From Macrostomum lignano (Eukaryota), in the NCBI GenBank assembly GCA_002269645.1, contig NIVC01000096.1, forward strand, positions 321,974-385,973: a stretch of 64,000 nt of DNA, given 5' to 3'. Position numbers and translations under genes: made by a program. The notes beneath the pieces were generated by a model that worked only from the letters and a program-made list of their open reading frames with translations, made no database searches and was not told the origin of the DNA. Shown here piece after piece: positions 1 through 12,600 of this stretch; the first letter of the stretch is position 1; every line of letters starts with the position of its first letter.

Positions 1-649
1 CGGCTATTTCTGCAATGCGTCCCTTTCTAGCTGCATCTCCAGACTCAGCAACTTCATCAATCATAACTTTATTGATTAGTTCAAGTCTTTCTTTGGGTTT
101 AGCCAATTTATTTCAGTGAGTAATGTAGAAAAATATGCAGCATGGATGTTAGGGTGCCAGGTCCAATTGGTGTAATTTTTAGCATGTAAAATTTGCTCAT
201 TTTTAGTATACAGGATTATGAGTTAATACGATGGAGAAACTACCGAAAGAGATGAAGATGAGAGGCTGGTGAGAAGATAAAGAATAGATATTGGAAGGAA
301 TATGAGGAAGAGAGGCTTAAGGAAGGTTGAAGAGGAGTGGTTTGTGATAAGATGGAAAAAAGCAACAGTCACAAATAAAACCCAATTGTAAGTCAAAAAA
401 TAAAAAAAGTCAAGTCAAAAGTCAAAAAGCGACTTTCTTGAAGGCTTTTTAAAATAAGGTAGTTATAGATAGAGGCTATTAGTTCTGCATGGGAACACAC
501 GTATTTATGAGCTAAATATTTTGTGTATTTTTAATCGGTAAATTTACATGTAGAACAAAATTTGCCTCAAATTGTCTAAACAAGCAGATGGTTTGAGATC
601 AGTTTAACCATTTAACCAGGTTTCAAACGCCTGTTCTGAGAATATAACG

Positions 650-1168
650 CTGCACTTCCGGTTCCTAGCTACCTTCGGGTTTTCCCGGTTGCCAAAAACA
701 CTGCACTTCCGGTTCCTAACTATCTTAGGGTTTTCCCGGTTGCCAAAAACACTGCACTTCCGGTTCCTAACTATCTTAGGGTTTTTCCGGTTGCCAAAAA
801 CACTGCACTTCCGGTTCCTAACTATCTTAGGGTTTTTCCGGTTGCCAAAAACACTGCACTTCCGGTTTCTTATAATCTTAGGGTTTTTCCGGCTGCCAAA
901 AACACTGCACTTCCGGTTCCTAACTATCTTAGGGTTTTTCCGGTTGCCAAAAACACTGCACTTCCGGTTTCTTATAATCTTAGGGTTTTTCCGGCTGCCA
1001 AAAACACTGCACTTCCGGTTTCTAATTATCTCAGAATTTTCCGGTTGCCAAAAACACTGCACTTCCGGTTTCTAATTATCTCAGAATTTTCCGGTTGCCA
1101 AAAACACTGCACTTCCGGTTTCTAATTATCTCAGAATTTTCCGGTTGCCAAAAACACTGCACTTCCGT
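650..1168. repeat. 51-bp minisatellite, about 10 copies
   Basis: Unit approx. gttgccaaaaacactgcacttccggttcctaactatcttagggtttttccg; the 17-aa periodicity of ORFs 604..1062 and 689..1075 reflects it. Confidence 0.95.
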
Positions 1169-1323
1169 TTGTTCACCATACTAAATCAATAACTAGCTAC
1201 ATAATATGTAAATGTGCATATCTAGCTGGGAATCAGACGCAAATATCTATTAAATTGAAGTCGTCAACAAGAAGCCATTGCGCAAAACAAAGTGAAACAG
1301 TGGTAGCATATGATGAGGCCTAT

Positions 1324-4300
1324 CTATGGCATATAGCCGCTCTCAGGGCTAGGGGTGCAGCTGTTCAGCATTGGCGGCCCAACTGAAGCTGCAGAGCTGC
1401 ATCGCTCTCGATGCTGCTGAGGCTTGAGTTCGGCTTCATCAGCTTCCTCAGCAGCAGCAGCTTCATCGTGGCCTCCTCGCTCATTGGCATCCTCATCGGA
1501 ATCGCTCGCTTCGACTTGCTGTGGCTGTTCAACTCCGCCAGTCGAGGAGCTGCAGCCGCCGACGCCGCCGCCCGGGACGCTGTTGTTGAACAGCTCGCGT
1601 TCCTTGGAGTTTCGCCATTTCATTCGACGATTTTGAAACCAGATTTTCACCTGCGGCGATGTGTGAAGTGGATTAATTACTGAGAATTGTCATGGCTTGT
1701 TCGGGCGGGCAGAGTAGCCAAGTGGTAAACGCGTCAGACTCTCGCCTCAACAGTCCCCGGGTTCGAATCCGTGCGGGCGACGAGAAAGTCAGGGCTGCTG
1801 TACACCCTGTGGGAGCGGGTGCCCATAGGTTCAGGGCTGCTGTACACCCTGTGGGAGCGGGTGCCCATAGGTTCAGGGCTGCTGTACACCCTGTGGGAGC
1901 GGGTGCCCATAGGTTCAGGGCTGCTGTACACCCTGTGGGAGCGGGTGCCCATACGTACAGGGATCAGCGAAACTCCCGACCGACCTTCGTATTGATTCGC
2001 GGCACCGTCCAAAAGACTCGACTACCAACTAATTAAGAATCCTCTGTAGATTTGCAATTACCGATATGTATCGAAAGTTAAATTTGTAAGGGACACAAAA
2101 TCAAAACGATCGTGACAAAAAATTGTTTCCCGATGGGAATTCGAGTGGTGAGAGAAGGGAGACAAATGGGAAGGTGGAAAAAAACTGCTCCACTATTCGA
2201 GCTGGAAAATGACTCGTAATATTCAAATCTCGTTTTTATCGACCTAGGAAAAAACTCAGAGAGCGAGTCTATTTGGCGTTGTCAAGCGGAAAGGGAATGG
2301 CATGAATATTTGAGCGAAGTCGCTTCAGCCATGGTTGAGTTTTGACGTCAGTTTAGGATTAATCTCATGACTGGCCAATTTATTCAATTCCCCCAAGACT
2401 TGGAACTAGAAAAAGGGATATTTCGCCTCAAACCTGTTAGACTAAATTTTTTTATTGACCTCGGGATGCAAATGAGAGCCTCGGCTCGCAGACCCATCTG
2501 GCGATGATGGCTCCCTGGGGTGCTGGCAGGCTGAGATGACCAATATGTGGCTTTTGTCCCCGCCTCAATAAAGATTGAGTGGCTCATGTGCGACCAGCGC
2601 TTGCTTTATGCAGCTCATAGTTTGAAATATTTATAAGGCTGTTCCTATTCTACCACACAGAAATCATCATCAACTATGCCTAATATAATTTCATATTCAC
2701 ATCCTAATGATCTGACGAAATGTGTCGAGCTATAGAGGGGGGGGCTATATAAATTTAGATTCGTCAGCATCTTTCGAGACAATTTGGTCAGCGCAACAAG
2801 TTAAGCCGAGCTGGTCGTGGTTAGTTAGTTACCAAGAGACAGAAAGCGCTCACCAAGAGACAGGGGCACCCACCAAGGAACAGGGGCGCCCACCAAGAGA
2901 CAGAAAGCGCTCACCAAGAGACAGGGGCGCTCACCAAGAGACAGGGGCGCCCACCAAGAGACAGGGGCGCCCACCAAGAGACAGAGGGCGCCACCCAACA
3001 GAAAAGGGCGCCCACCAAGAGACAGGGGGCGCCCACCAAGACACAGGGGCGCCCACCAAGAGACAGGGGGCGCCGACCAAGAGACAGGGGCGCCCACCAA
3101 GAGACAGGGGGACCCACCAAGGGACAGGGGCGCCCACCAAGAGACAGGGAGCGCCCACCAAGAGACAGGGGGCGCCCACCAAGAGACAGGAGCGCCCACC
3201 AAGAGACGGGGGCGCCCACCAAGAGACAGGGGGCGCCCACCAAGAGACAGGAGCGCCCACCAAGAGACGGGGGCGCCCACCAAGAGACAGAGGGCGCCAA
3301 CCAACAGACAGGGGTGCCCACCAAGAGACAGGGGTGCCCACCAAGAGACAGGGGCGCCAAACCAAGAGACAGAGGGCGCCACCCAACAGACAGGGGTGCC
3401 CACCAAGAGACAGGGGTGCCCACCAAGAGACAGGGGCGCCAAACCAAGAGACAGGGGCGCCCACCAAGGGACAGGGGCGCCCACCAAGAGACAGAGGCGC
3501 CACCCAAAAGACAGGGGCGCCCACCAAGAGACTGGGGGCGCCCACCAAGAGACGGGGGGCGCCCACCAAGAGACGGGGGGCGCCCACCAAGAGACGGGGG
3601 GCGCCTACCAAGAGACAGGGGCGCCCACCAAGAGACGGGGGCGCCCACCAAGAGACAGGCGCGCCCACTAAGAGACAGGGGCGCCCACCAAGAGACGGGG
3701 GCGCCCACCAAGAGACAGGCGCGCCCACTAAGAGACAGGGGCGCCCAACCAAGAGACGGAGGGCGCCCACTAAGAGACAGGCGCGCCCAACAAAGAGACA
3801 GGGGCGCCCACTAAGAGACAGGCGCACCCAACCAAGAGACAGGGGCGCCCACTAAGAGACAGGCGCGCCCACCAAGAGACAGGGGCGCCCACCAAGAGAC
3901 AGAGGGCGCCACCCAACAGAAAAGGGCGCCCACCAAGAGACAGGGGGCGCCCACCAAGAGACAGGGGGCGCCCACCAAGACACAGGGGCGCCCACCAAGA
4001 GACAGGGGGCGCCGACCAAGAGACAGGGGCGCCCACCAAGAGACAGGGGGACCCACCAAGGGACAGGGGCGCCCACCAAGAGACAGGGAGCGCCCACCAA
4101 GAGACAGGGGGCGCCCACCAAGAGACAGGAGCGCCCACCAAGAGACGGGGGCGCCCACCAAGAGACAGAGGGCGCCAACCAACAGACAGGGGTGCCCACC
4201 AAGAGACAGGGGTGCCCACCAAGAGACAGGGGCGCCAAACCAAGAGACAGGGGCGCCCACCAAGGGACAGGGGCGCCCACCAAGAGACAGAGGCGCCACC

Positions 4301-7300
4301 CAAAAGACAGGGGCGCCCACCAAGAGACTGGGGGCGCCCACCAAGAGACGGGGGGCGCCCACCAAGAGACGGGGGGCGCCCACCAAGAGACGGGGGCGCC
4401 TACCAAGAGACAGGGGCGCCCACCAAGAGACGGGGGCGCCCACCAAGAGACAGGGGCGCCCACCAAGAGACAGGCGCGCCCACTAAGAGACAGGGGCGCC
4501 CAACCAAGAGACGGGGGGCGCCCACCAAGAGACGGGGGCGCCCACCAAGAGACAGGCGCGCCCACTAAGAGACAGGGGCGCCCAACCAAGAGACGGAGGG
4601 CGCCCACTAAGAGACAGGCGCGCCCAACCAAGAGACAGGGGCGCCCACTAAGAGACAGGCGCACCCAACCAAGAGACAGGGGCGCCCACTAAGAGACAGG
4701 CGCGCCCACCAAGAGACGGGGGGCGCCCACCAAGAGACAGGGGGCGCCACCCAAGACGCCCTCAGGTTTGCGGCCCCCTTCAATAAAAATTCCTCGCACG
4801 CCTCTGTGTCAAACCTCAGTGTACAGCCGCTGCGAAAGCTCTCAGCTCCAGCAGTTCAGCCCTCGTGCTGCTGTGACTTTGGTTCTACGACAATTGCCAG
4901 TCAGAATTACAGGCTGCAACACCTGACGTCACTCACCTGCGAATCCTTGAGGCCGAGTTTATCGGCCAGTCGCTTTCTGTCCGGTTTGCTGATGTACTTT
5001 TGCCGCTGGAACACCTTCTCGAGGCCGCGCCTCTGGCAGTCGCTGAACACGGCCCGTCGGAGCATTCCCCGACGTGGCTTGCCGCGGAACGCAGCCACGG
5101 AAGCGAAGGCGGCGGCTGCGGCGGCTGCGGAACCCGGCGGATACTGCGGATGATGCTGGTGATGCTGGTGATGAAGCATAAAGTCCAGGTGGTGCAGCGG
5201 GCCTGGTAGCAGGAGGCTGCCGAGCATCAGCTGCTGATGCTGGCTGGGCAGGTAGCTGGCTGCTGCTGCTGCGGCGGCCGCGGCCGCTGCCGCCGATGCA
5301 GCCGAAACTGTAGGGCCCGCCGCTGACGGTTGATGAGGCAGAGAGGCTGCAAGGAAGCGTGCAGGTGTTGGGTTTGGTGAAAGCAGTGTTGAGAATTAAA
5401 AATTATTTCAAGCAGAGATTTGAGCCTGTAAGTTAGTCTGTAAATCTGTAAGTCTGTAAATCTGTAAGTCTGTAAATCTGTAAGTCTGTAAATCTGTAAG
5501 TCTGTAAATCTGTAAGTCTGTAAATCTGTAAGTCTGTAAATCTGTAAGTCTGTAAATCTGTAAGTCTGTAAATCTGTAAGTCTGTAAATCTGTAAGTCTG
5601 TAAATCTGTAAGTCTGTAAATCTGTAAGTCTGTAAATCTGTAAGTCTGTAAATCTGTAAGTCTGTAAATCTGTAAGTCTGTAAATCTGTAAGTCTGTAAA
5701 TCTGTAAGTCTTTAAATCTGTAAGTCTGTAAATCTGAAAATCTTTAAATCTTTAAATACTGTAAATCAGTAATCCTGTAATCTGCAATCCTGTAATCTGT
5801 AGTCCTGTAATCTGCAATCCTGTAATCTGTAATCCAGTAATCTCTAGACCTGCAATCTGCAATCCTGTAATCTGTAATTCTGTAATATGTAATCCTGTAA
5901 GACAAATATGAAACTACAATAAATAGTTAAGCCTAAATATGTTTAAGTTAATAACTTATGCTCATAAATTAGCTGTTTAGGTTAATTAAGTTCGTGAGAA
6001 ATTAAGCTTTATATAGTATATTTCTCTGTAACCTCTGCTGCGATGGGTCTCGGGCCATTTTAACACTTCTTATCTCACAGTGGGTTGGAAGCTCAGCCCT
6101 CAACTGCAAGTAAGTACCTCATTAAATTGTGCATTTGGATTTAATTGTACCACTTATTAACTCACCGTGCAATGCTGCTGCATGGGCCCACCTCAGAGGG
6201 ATGCCCCCGCAGCTTGGCCACTTTATAGCCAGTCTTTATCTTATCTAATCAGCAAGCGTAATTATTGTCACGCTGGGCGAACCCATTACCTGTAAATAGC
6301 TGCTTTTTGTTACTTAGACCTTGATAGTCTCAGGTCTATGGGCGACGTTCAAAGTATAGAGCAACTTCCCAATGCCCCCATGACCCCTCGTTTTGATTGA
6401 GAAGGACAGCTGACCCCTCTGCGTGCTTATGTCAGACCTGATGAGTGCTTATGTCAGACCTGATGTGTGCTTATGTCAGACTTAATGCGTGCTTATGTCA
6501 GACATGATGTGTGCTTATGTCAGACTTAATGCGTGCTTATGTCAGACCTGATGTGTGCTTATGTCAGACCTGCGTGCTTATGTCAGACCTGATGCGTGCT
6601 TATGTCAGACCTGATGCGTGCTTATGTCAGATCTAATGCGTGCTTATGTCAGACCTGATGCCTGCTTATGTCAGACCTGATGTGTGCTTATGTCAGACCT
6701 GATGCGTGCTTATGTCAGACATGATGTGTGCTTATGTCAGACTTAATGCCTGCTTATGTCAGACCTGATGTGTGCTTATGTCAGACCTGATGTGTGCTTA
6801 TGTCAGATCTAATGCGTGCTTATGTCAGACCTGATGCCTGCTTATGTCAGACCTAATGCGTGCTTATGTCAGACATGATGTGTGCTTATGTCAGACTTAA
6901 TGCGTGCTTATGTCAGACCTGATGTGTGCTTATGTCAGACCTGCGTGCTTATGTCAGACCTGATGCGTGCTTATGTCAGACCTGATGCGTGCTTATGTCA
7001 GATCTAATGCGTGCTTATGTCAGACCTGATGCCTGCTTATGTCAGACCTAATGCGTGCTTATGTCAGACATGATGTGTGCTTATGTCAGACTTAATGCCT
7101 GCTTATGTCAGACCTGATGTGTGCTTATGTCAGACCTGCGTGCTTATGTCAGACCTGATGCGTGCTTATGTCAGACCTAATGTGTGCTTATGTCAGACCT
7201 GATGTGTGCTTATGTCAGACATGATGTGTGCTTATGTCAGACTTAATGCGTGCTTATGTCAGACCTGATGTGTGCTTATGTCAGACCTGCGTGCTTATGT

Positions 7301-8418
7301 CAGACCTGATGCGTGCTTATGTCAGACCTGATGCGTGCTTATGTCAGACCTGATGCGTGCTTATGTCAGACCTAATGTGTGCTTATGTCAGACCTAATGT
7401 GTGCTTATGTCAGACCTGATGTGTGCTTATGTCAGACCTGATGCGCAGTCAGCGAACCAATGCGAATTTATCCTGGCTTTGAACAACATGTTAATGAGCC
7501 TATGTATACAGCATATATATATATATTCTTGTTAATCATAACATCGCAATCTCGTCATCTTGACACTCGATTTTGAGCTTCAAAATATAATTATTTCCCT
7601 ATATTCTATTGTATGGCTCGCTAAACTCAGTTATTGAGTGTCTGGCTATCTTATATAAATTTTAACAAAAACTGTGAAAATTCAAGTGCCTTCAGGCCTG
7701 GTGCTGCTCTCAAGATTCTCTAAGAGAAGAATGAATGAGATACAGTTAGAGAATATATAGGTGTAGGTGGTGGCGCACTGCGATCTTGAGACTTAAGAGG
7801 CCAATTAGTAGAGAGTCGAGTCGAGTTATGAGTATGTGAGCACACACGCACACACACACATGACTCATACTTGTATATTTAACGTGATGCAGCAATAGTT
7901 CCGAATTAAACGACATGAATCAGACGTAACAAGTATATAGAGGGGCCTGTTAGACTAATTAGTAGCATAAGTATGCATAAGCATAGCATAGTCTTCGTTC
8001 TGGAATCCCTCAACAATAGCTATTTTAATAACTATACAGCTACAACTGATATGCTTGCTCTTCTGAGCTTGCTCTTCTCTTCTTCGTTCGCGAGCCTCAA
8101 GTGGTCAAAAAAATTCAAGATTTTGTTGTTCAACTATAGAGATAGCATAATATAGTGTGTGCTCAGGCATCCCAAGTGTCTTGAGTCAATCTTGACTCTC
8201 TCAAGTGCCAAGGAATTTGAGGAAAAGACTAAAAATATGTTTTTAATCAAGCGAGAATCTTTCTCCAGAAAAATCACTGCATTTTCAGACAGATGTACTC
8301 GTAACATTGACTGCATGCGTGAAATTTAAACGCGCTCACCGTTAATATTAGCAGGTAGATACGGCGCAGTTGCTGGGCAATAAAACTGAGATTGTAACCG
8401 CTGTTCCTGCAGTTGTTG

Positions 8419-8475
<57 letters not shown>

Positions 8476-9745
8476 AGCTGCTACTGATGAAGCTTCTAGC
8501 AGACGGTAATCAATGAGTCCCGCAGAAGCGAGAGAATGCAGTGAGGTCGCAGCAGAAGCAGCTGCACGATGCTGCTGATGAAGCACCGCTGATTCTGCAA
8601 GCGAATTAGATGAAACTGGAGACGCCTCTGATGATGCTGTGGTTACCACGGGCAACGAGTCCGACTTGGTTAACTGCCGGTGCAGCTGACTGGGTGCTTC
8701 TGTTATCGTGTGTAGAATTGGGGTGTGATTCTTGGGATTCATTGTGCATAGCTATATGGATATTGAGATGGAGATGGAGAGGGAGAGGGAGATAGAGATG
8801 GAGATAGAGATGGAGATGGAAATGGAGATAGAGATGGAGATGGAGATGGGGATTGAGATTGAGAGGGAGATAGAGAAGGAGATAGAGATGGAGATGGAGA
8901 TGGAGAGGGGGAGGGAGAGGGAGATGGAGATAGAGAAGGAGATGGAGATGGAGATAGAGATAGAGATGGAGAGGGAGAGGGAGATGGAGAGGGGGAGGGA
9001 GAGGGAGATGGAGATAGAGATAGAGCGTGGGGGAGAGGGAGATGGAGATAGAGAAGGAGATGGAGAGGGAGATGGAGAGGGAGATGGAGAGGGAGATGGA
9101 GAGGGAGATGGAGAGGGAGATGGAGATGGAGATGTAGATGGAGATGGAGATGGAGATGGAGATGGAGATGGAGATGTAGATGGAGAGGGAGATGGAGATG
9201 GAGAGGAAGATGGAGATAGAGATGGAGATTGAGATAGAGATTGAGATCGAGAAGGAGATGGAGATGGAGATGGAGATGGAGATGGAGATGGAGATGGAGA
9301 TGGAGAGGGAGATGGAGATGGAGAGGGAGATGGAGATAGAGATAGAGAGGGGAGGGAGAAGGAGATGGAGATAGAGAAGGAGATGGAGATGGAGATGGAG
9401 ATAGAGAAGGAGATGGAGATGGAGATGGAGATGGAGATAGAGATAGAGAGGGGAGGGAGAGGGAGAGGGAGATGGAGATGGGTAAAAGTGTTAAGTATTT
9501 TATGAAGAGAGCAGGCAGAGAGTCGAAATGAAGAGACAAATGAGGTGAAAATAGAGATGAGAACAAACATGAGCACTAAAATAAAGCAAAGGAGAATTGA
9601 TCTGATAAAAGGCCAGACTCTAACCTTGCTTGATATCGTCCGAATCGTTGCAGCCCAGGATTGCGGACATGCCAAATTTCAATTTAGGCTTCTGCTGATG
9701 CTGCTGCGGCGGTTTTGCAGCCTTGAACTGCCGGAATCCGTCCAT
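1324..9745 (-). CDS. dbx: Dbx (developing brain homeobox) transcription factor, 4 exons, 405 aa predicted
   Basis: Exons (minus): 9745-9625, 8699-8340, 5346-4937, 1650-1324; GT-AG, phases 1,1,0, total 1218 nt. Homeodomain [67 protein letters not shown] matches the Dbx family; the intron sits between homeodomain Q44 and V45. N-terminal eh1-like [10 protein letters not shown]. About 21-Q run in exon 2. The exon 2 acceptor (8699) was chosen by phase and is the least certain boundary. Confidence 0.93.
1708..2035 (+). mobile_element. tRNA-derived SINE with internal 39-bp tandem expansion
   Basis: A box TAGCCAAGTGG (1715-1725) and B box GGTTCGAATCC (1760-1770) at tRNA-like spacing, but the acceptor and T stems do not pair; followed by a non-tRNA body. 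The 3' end is approximate. Confidence 0.7.
1789..1953. repeat. 39-bp tandem repeat x4 within the SINE body
   Basis: Repeats of tcagggctgctgtacaccctgtgggagcgggtgcccatagg with one-base overlap at the junctions; 13-aa periodicity in the ORF track. Confidence 0.95.
2832..4760. repeat. 20-21-bp GC-rich minisatellite with higher-order block duplications
   Basis: Unit caccaagagacaggggcgcc with variants; blocks of variant units recur (about 2950-3330 and 3870-4230). Confidence 0.95.
4740..4806 (-). mobile_element. Probable single terminus of a hAT-like non-autonomous element
   Basis: The minus strand reads CAGAGGCGTGCGAGGAATTTTTATTGAAGGGG and runs into the GGCGCC array; this resembles CAG-starting MITE ends. 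No partner end found. Confidence 0.35.
5425..5880. repeat. 16-bp (8-bp subunit) repeat, degenerating distally
   Basis: (gtaaatctgtaagtct)n grading into gtaatcct/gcaatcct units. Confidence 0.95.
6420..7445. repeat. 22-bp minisatellite
   Basis: Unit tgcgtgcttatgtcagacctga, period 22. Confidence 0.95.
8755..9482. repeat. Purine-rich hexamer repeat (GGAGAT/GGAGAG)n filling Dbx intron 1
   Basis: Direct inspection; pyrimidine-rich on the Dbx sense strand. Confidence 0.95.
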
Positions 9746-9913
9746 TGCAAATTTAAACAAGGAGTAAATTAATTGAGAAAACGGTTTTAACGAGAGCAGA
9801 GAAATAGCTTCCCCGCGCCGCGCCGTATTAAATAAAAGCATTTAGCGGACAGAAGAAAGGCTGTAAGATTATCGAAAAGCTCTCATTCGTCCAGTGGAGT
9901 TCAGTGGAGATCT

Positions 9914-9924
9914 CTGATTGGCTG
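9914..9924 (-). promoter_or_regulatory. Candidate CCAAT box about 170 bp upstream of the Dbx ATG
   Basis: ctgattggctg on plus = CAGCCAATCAG on the Dbx sense strand; motif match only. Confidence 0.3.
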
Positions 9925-10504
9925 CCTACTTTCCGGGTTTTTTCTTCATGGCTCCGCAAAGGGGGTGGGTGTGTGGCGGCGGCTGGGCAAGGCGAGAATG
10001 TCGTGGAGAACTCAACTGGCGCATGGAATACTATAGCTAGAATCTGGAGCGGAGAAAACTTTAGATTCCATAAGTAATCAACTTGTGAAATTGCACAGTT
10101 GATTGAATTAAACTATTAAACAGTATACATTGATCAACTACGTAACTATGGTATCTATCACTGGCACCATCGTGCAGACTTCTTTGCAACAGATTAAAAA
10201 TATTATGAAAAAATTGCTTACTAATAAATTCATAGTTATCGGAGTTATCAAATTACGCCGCAAATTGTAAACAGCTACAATTATAGTGAGGTAAAAAGTT
10301 TCCATTTTCAGTATAACGATTTCCAGGAAATGCTAATGTTTTTATAGTAGTAATAACTAGCAATCTTCGCCCCCCCCCCCGATGGGGGACATCTGGATAG
10401 AGTATCTGTTCTCTAAAAGTAACAAAAAGACAGCGAAATAAAGCTTTCACAAAGACAAAAGACATCCTATATACTAAAAATGAGTTGTCTGTATGTATGT
10501 ATGT

Positions 10505-10534
10505 GGGTTAGGGTTAGGGTTTGGGTTAGGGTTA
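10505..10534 (+). repeat. Interstitial telomeric repeat (GGGTTA)5, one variant unit
   Basis: gggttagggttagggtttgggttagggtta. Confidence 0.85.
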
Positions 10535-11210
10535 CCATGTCAAACATAAAAGAGCCACCATGCCAAACATAAAAGAGCCACCATGTCGAATATAAAAGAG
10601 CCACCATGTCGAACATAAAAGAGCCACTATGTCAGACATTAAAGAGCTGCCATGTCAAATATAAAAGAGCCACTATGTCAAACATGTTCACGACTCCATG
10701 TCAAACATTAAAGAGCCACCATGTCAAACATTAAATAGCCACCACGTCGAACATTAAAAAGCAACCATGTCAAACATAAAAGAGCTACCAAGTCAGACAT
10801 AGAAGAGCCACCATGTCAAACATAAAATATCCACCATGTCAAACATATACGTGACACCATGTCAAACATTAAAGAGCCACCATGTCGAACATTAAAGAGC
10901 TATCATGTCAAACATACTCGTAAAAGAGCCACCATGTCAAACATATACGTGACTCCATGTCAAACATATACGTGACTCCATGTCAAACATATACGTGACT
11001 CCATGTCAAACATATACGTGACTCCATGTCAAACATATACGTGACTCCATGTCAAACATATACGTGACTCCATGTCAAACATTAAAAAGCCACTATGTCA
11101 AAAATTAAAGAGCTACCATTAGAACATAAAAGAGCCACCATGTAGAACATAAAGGAGACATCATTTCAAACGTAAAAAGAAGCGTCATGCCAAACATAAA
11201 GGAGCCACTA
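10535..11210. repeat. 23-bp minisatellite
   Basis: Units catgtcaaacataaaagagccac and catgtcaaacatatacgtgactc. Confidence 0.95.
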
Positions 11211-11249
11211 TAAAGCTAAGGATATTGTTGCACTAGCTACTTGTTGTCT

Positions 11250-11790
11250 GGTGGATGCTTGCTATTTAAGGATAGATAATTGCCATCAGGGGGATGCTTG
11301 CTATCTGAGGGATGCTTGCTATCAGGGGGGATGCTTGCTATCTGAGGGATGCTTGCTATCTGAGGGATGCTTGCTATCTGAGGGATGCTTGCTATCTGAG
11401 GGATGCTTGCTATCTGAGGGATGCTTGCTATCTGAGGGATGCTTGCTATCTGAGGGATGCTTGCTGTTGGGGGGGGGGATGCTTGCTGTTGGGGGGGGGG
11501 ATGCTTGCTATCGGAAGAATGCTTGCTATCTTGGGTAACTTGCTATTGCGGGATGCTTGATCTTGGGGAGTGGAGGGTACTTGCTATCTGAGAGGGGGTT
11601 GCTAGCTATCTATAAGGATTCTTTGTATCCAGGGATGCTTGCTATCTGGGGGATGCTTGCATGCTGTCTGGGGATGCTTGCTATCGGGGGATGCTTGATA
11701 TTTGGGAGGCAAGAGGCTTGCTCTCGGTGGAAGGGTACTTGCAATATTGGGGGGGGGTTTGCTATCTGGGGAGATGCTTGCTGTCTTGGG
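11250..11790. repeat. 18-bp minisatellite
   Basis: Unit ggatgcttgctatctgag with degenerate flanks. Confidence 0.9.
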
Positions 11791-12109
11791 ATGTTTTCTT
11801 TTTAGAATCTCCCCAATTTCTTTCGCATTTCAAGTCGAAAATTTTGCTTGACATTTGCAAAAAAGCATGTTATTTGAATATTTAATCCCTTTAACATTGA
11901 GCAATTTCTTAGCCAAGATGCATGTACCGTTTCAGGAAAATTTCTGATCGAATGGTGCAAGTTTGAAGAAAATTGGTTGAGCCATTTTTTCTCTAATCGA
12001 TCACACAGCTACATACATACACACAGATGTCATGTAGTTTGGTTGTGACTCTCTTGTCAAACTCCTGCAGGAGAGGCACCAAAAGGTTTCAACAGCGCCA
12101 GATATGGTT

Positions 12110-12600
12110 TTGGTAGCGCCAAAAATGGCTTTGGAGTGGCGCCAAAGATGGCTTCGGAGCGGCGCCAAAACAAAGAGACAATGGCATCACAAAAAGAGTC
12201 AGTGACGCTAAAACATAGAGTCAGTGGTGCCAAAACAAAGAGTCAGTAGCATCAAAACAAAGAATCAGTAGCGTCAAAACAAAGAGTCAGTGGCGTCACA
12301 ACAAAGAGTCAGTAGCGTCAAAACAAAGAGTCAGTAGCATCAAAACAAAGAGTCAGTAGTGCCAAAACAAATATTCAGTGGCGCCAAAACAAAGAGTCAG
12401 TAGCATCAAAACAAAGAATCAGTAGCGTCAAAACAAAGAGTCAGTGGCGTCACAACAAAGAGTCAGTAGCGTCAAAACAAAGAGTCAGTAGCATCAAAAC
12501 AAAGAGTCAGTAGTGCCAAAACAAATATTCAGTGGCGCCAAAACAGAGTCAATGGTGCCACAACAAAGAGTCAGCATAGTGTCAAAACAGAGTCAGTTGC
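12110..12600. repeat. 22-bp minisatellite
   Basis: Unit caaaacaaagagtcagtagc(at/gt); GGCGCC-containing variants. Confidence 0.9.

Larger units (their letters stand above)
10465..11236 (+). mobile_element. Non-autonomous Helitron-like element (5' end clear, 3' end doubtful)
   Basis: a|TCCTATATACTAAAAATGAGTTGTCTGTATGTATGT resembles the 5'-TC ends of non-autonomous Helitrons followed by a microsatellite. The candidate CTAG end at 11233-11236 lacks a clear hairpin and is followed by C, not T. Confidence 0.4.

Noticed and set aside
1708-1780. Functional tRNA gene
   Set aside because: A and B boxes are present but the acceptor and T stems do not pair; treated as a SINE head.
2722-4692. Many long overlapping ORFs in all frames
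   Set aside because: Translations of a stop-free 20-21-bp minisatellite inside Dbx intron 3.
8700-8751. Alternative Dbx exon 2 acceptor at 8751 (tatag|CTATGC)
   Set aside because: With the phase-1 exon 1 donor it leads to a premature TAA; the 8699 acceptor keeps the frame.
8732-9675. Long ORFs 8732..9232, 8739..9566 and 8752..9675
   Set aside because: Produced by the hexamer repeat in Dbx intron 1.
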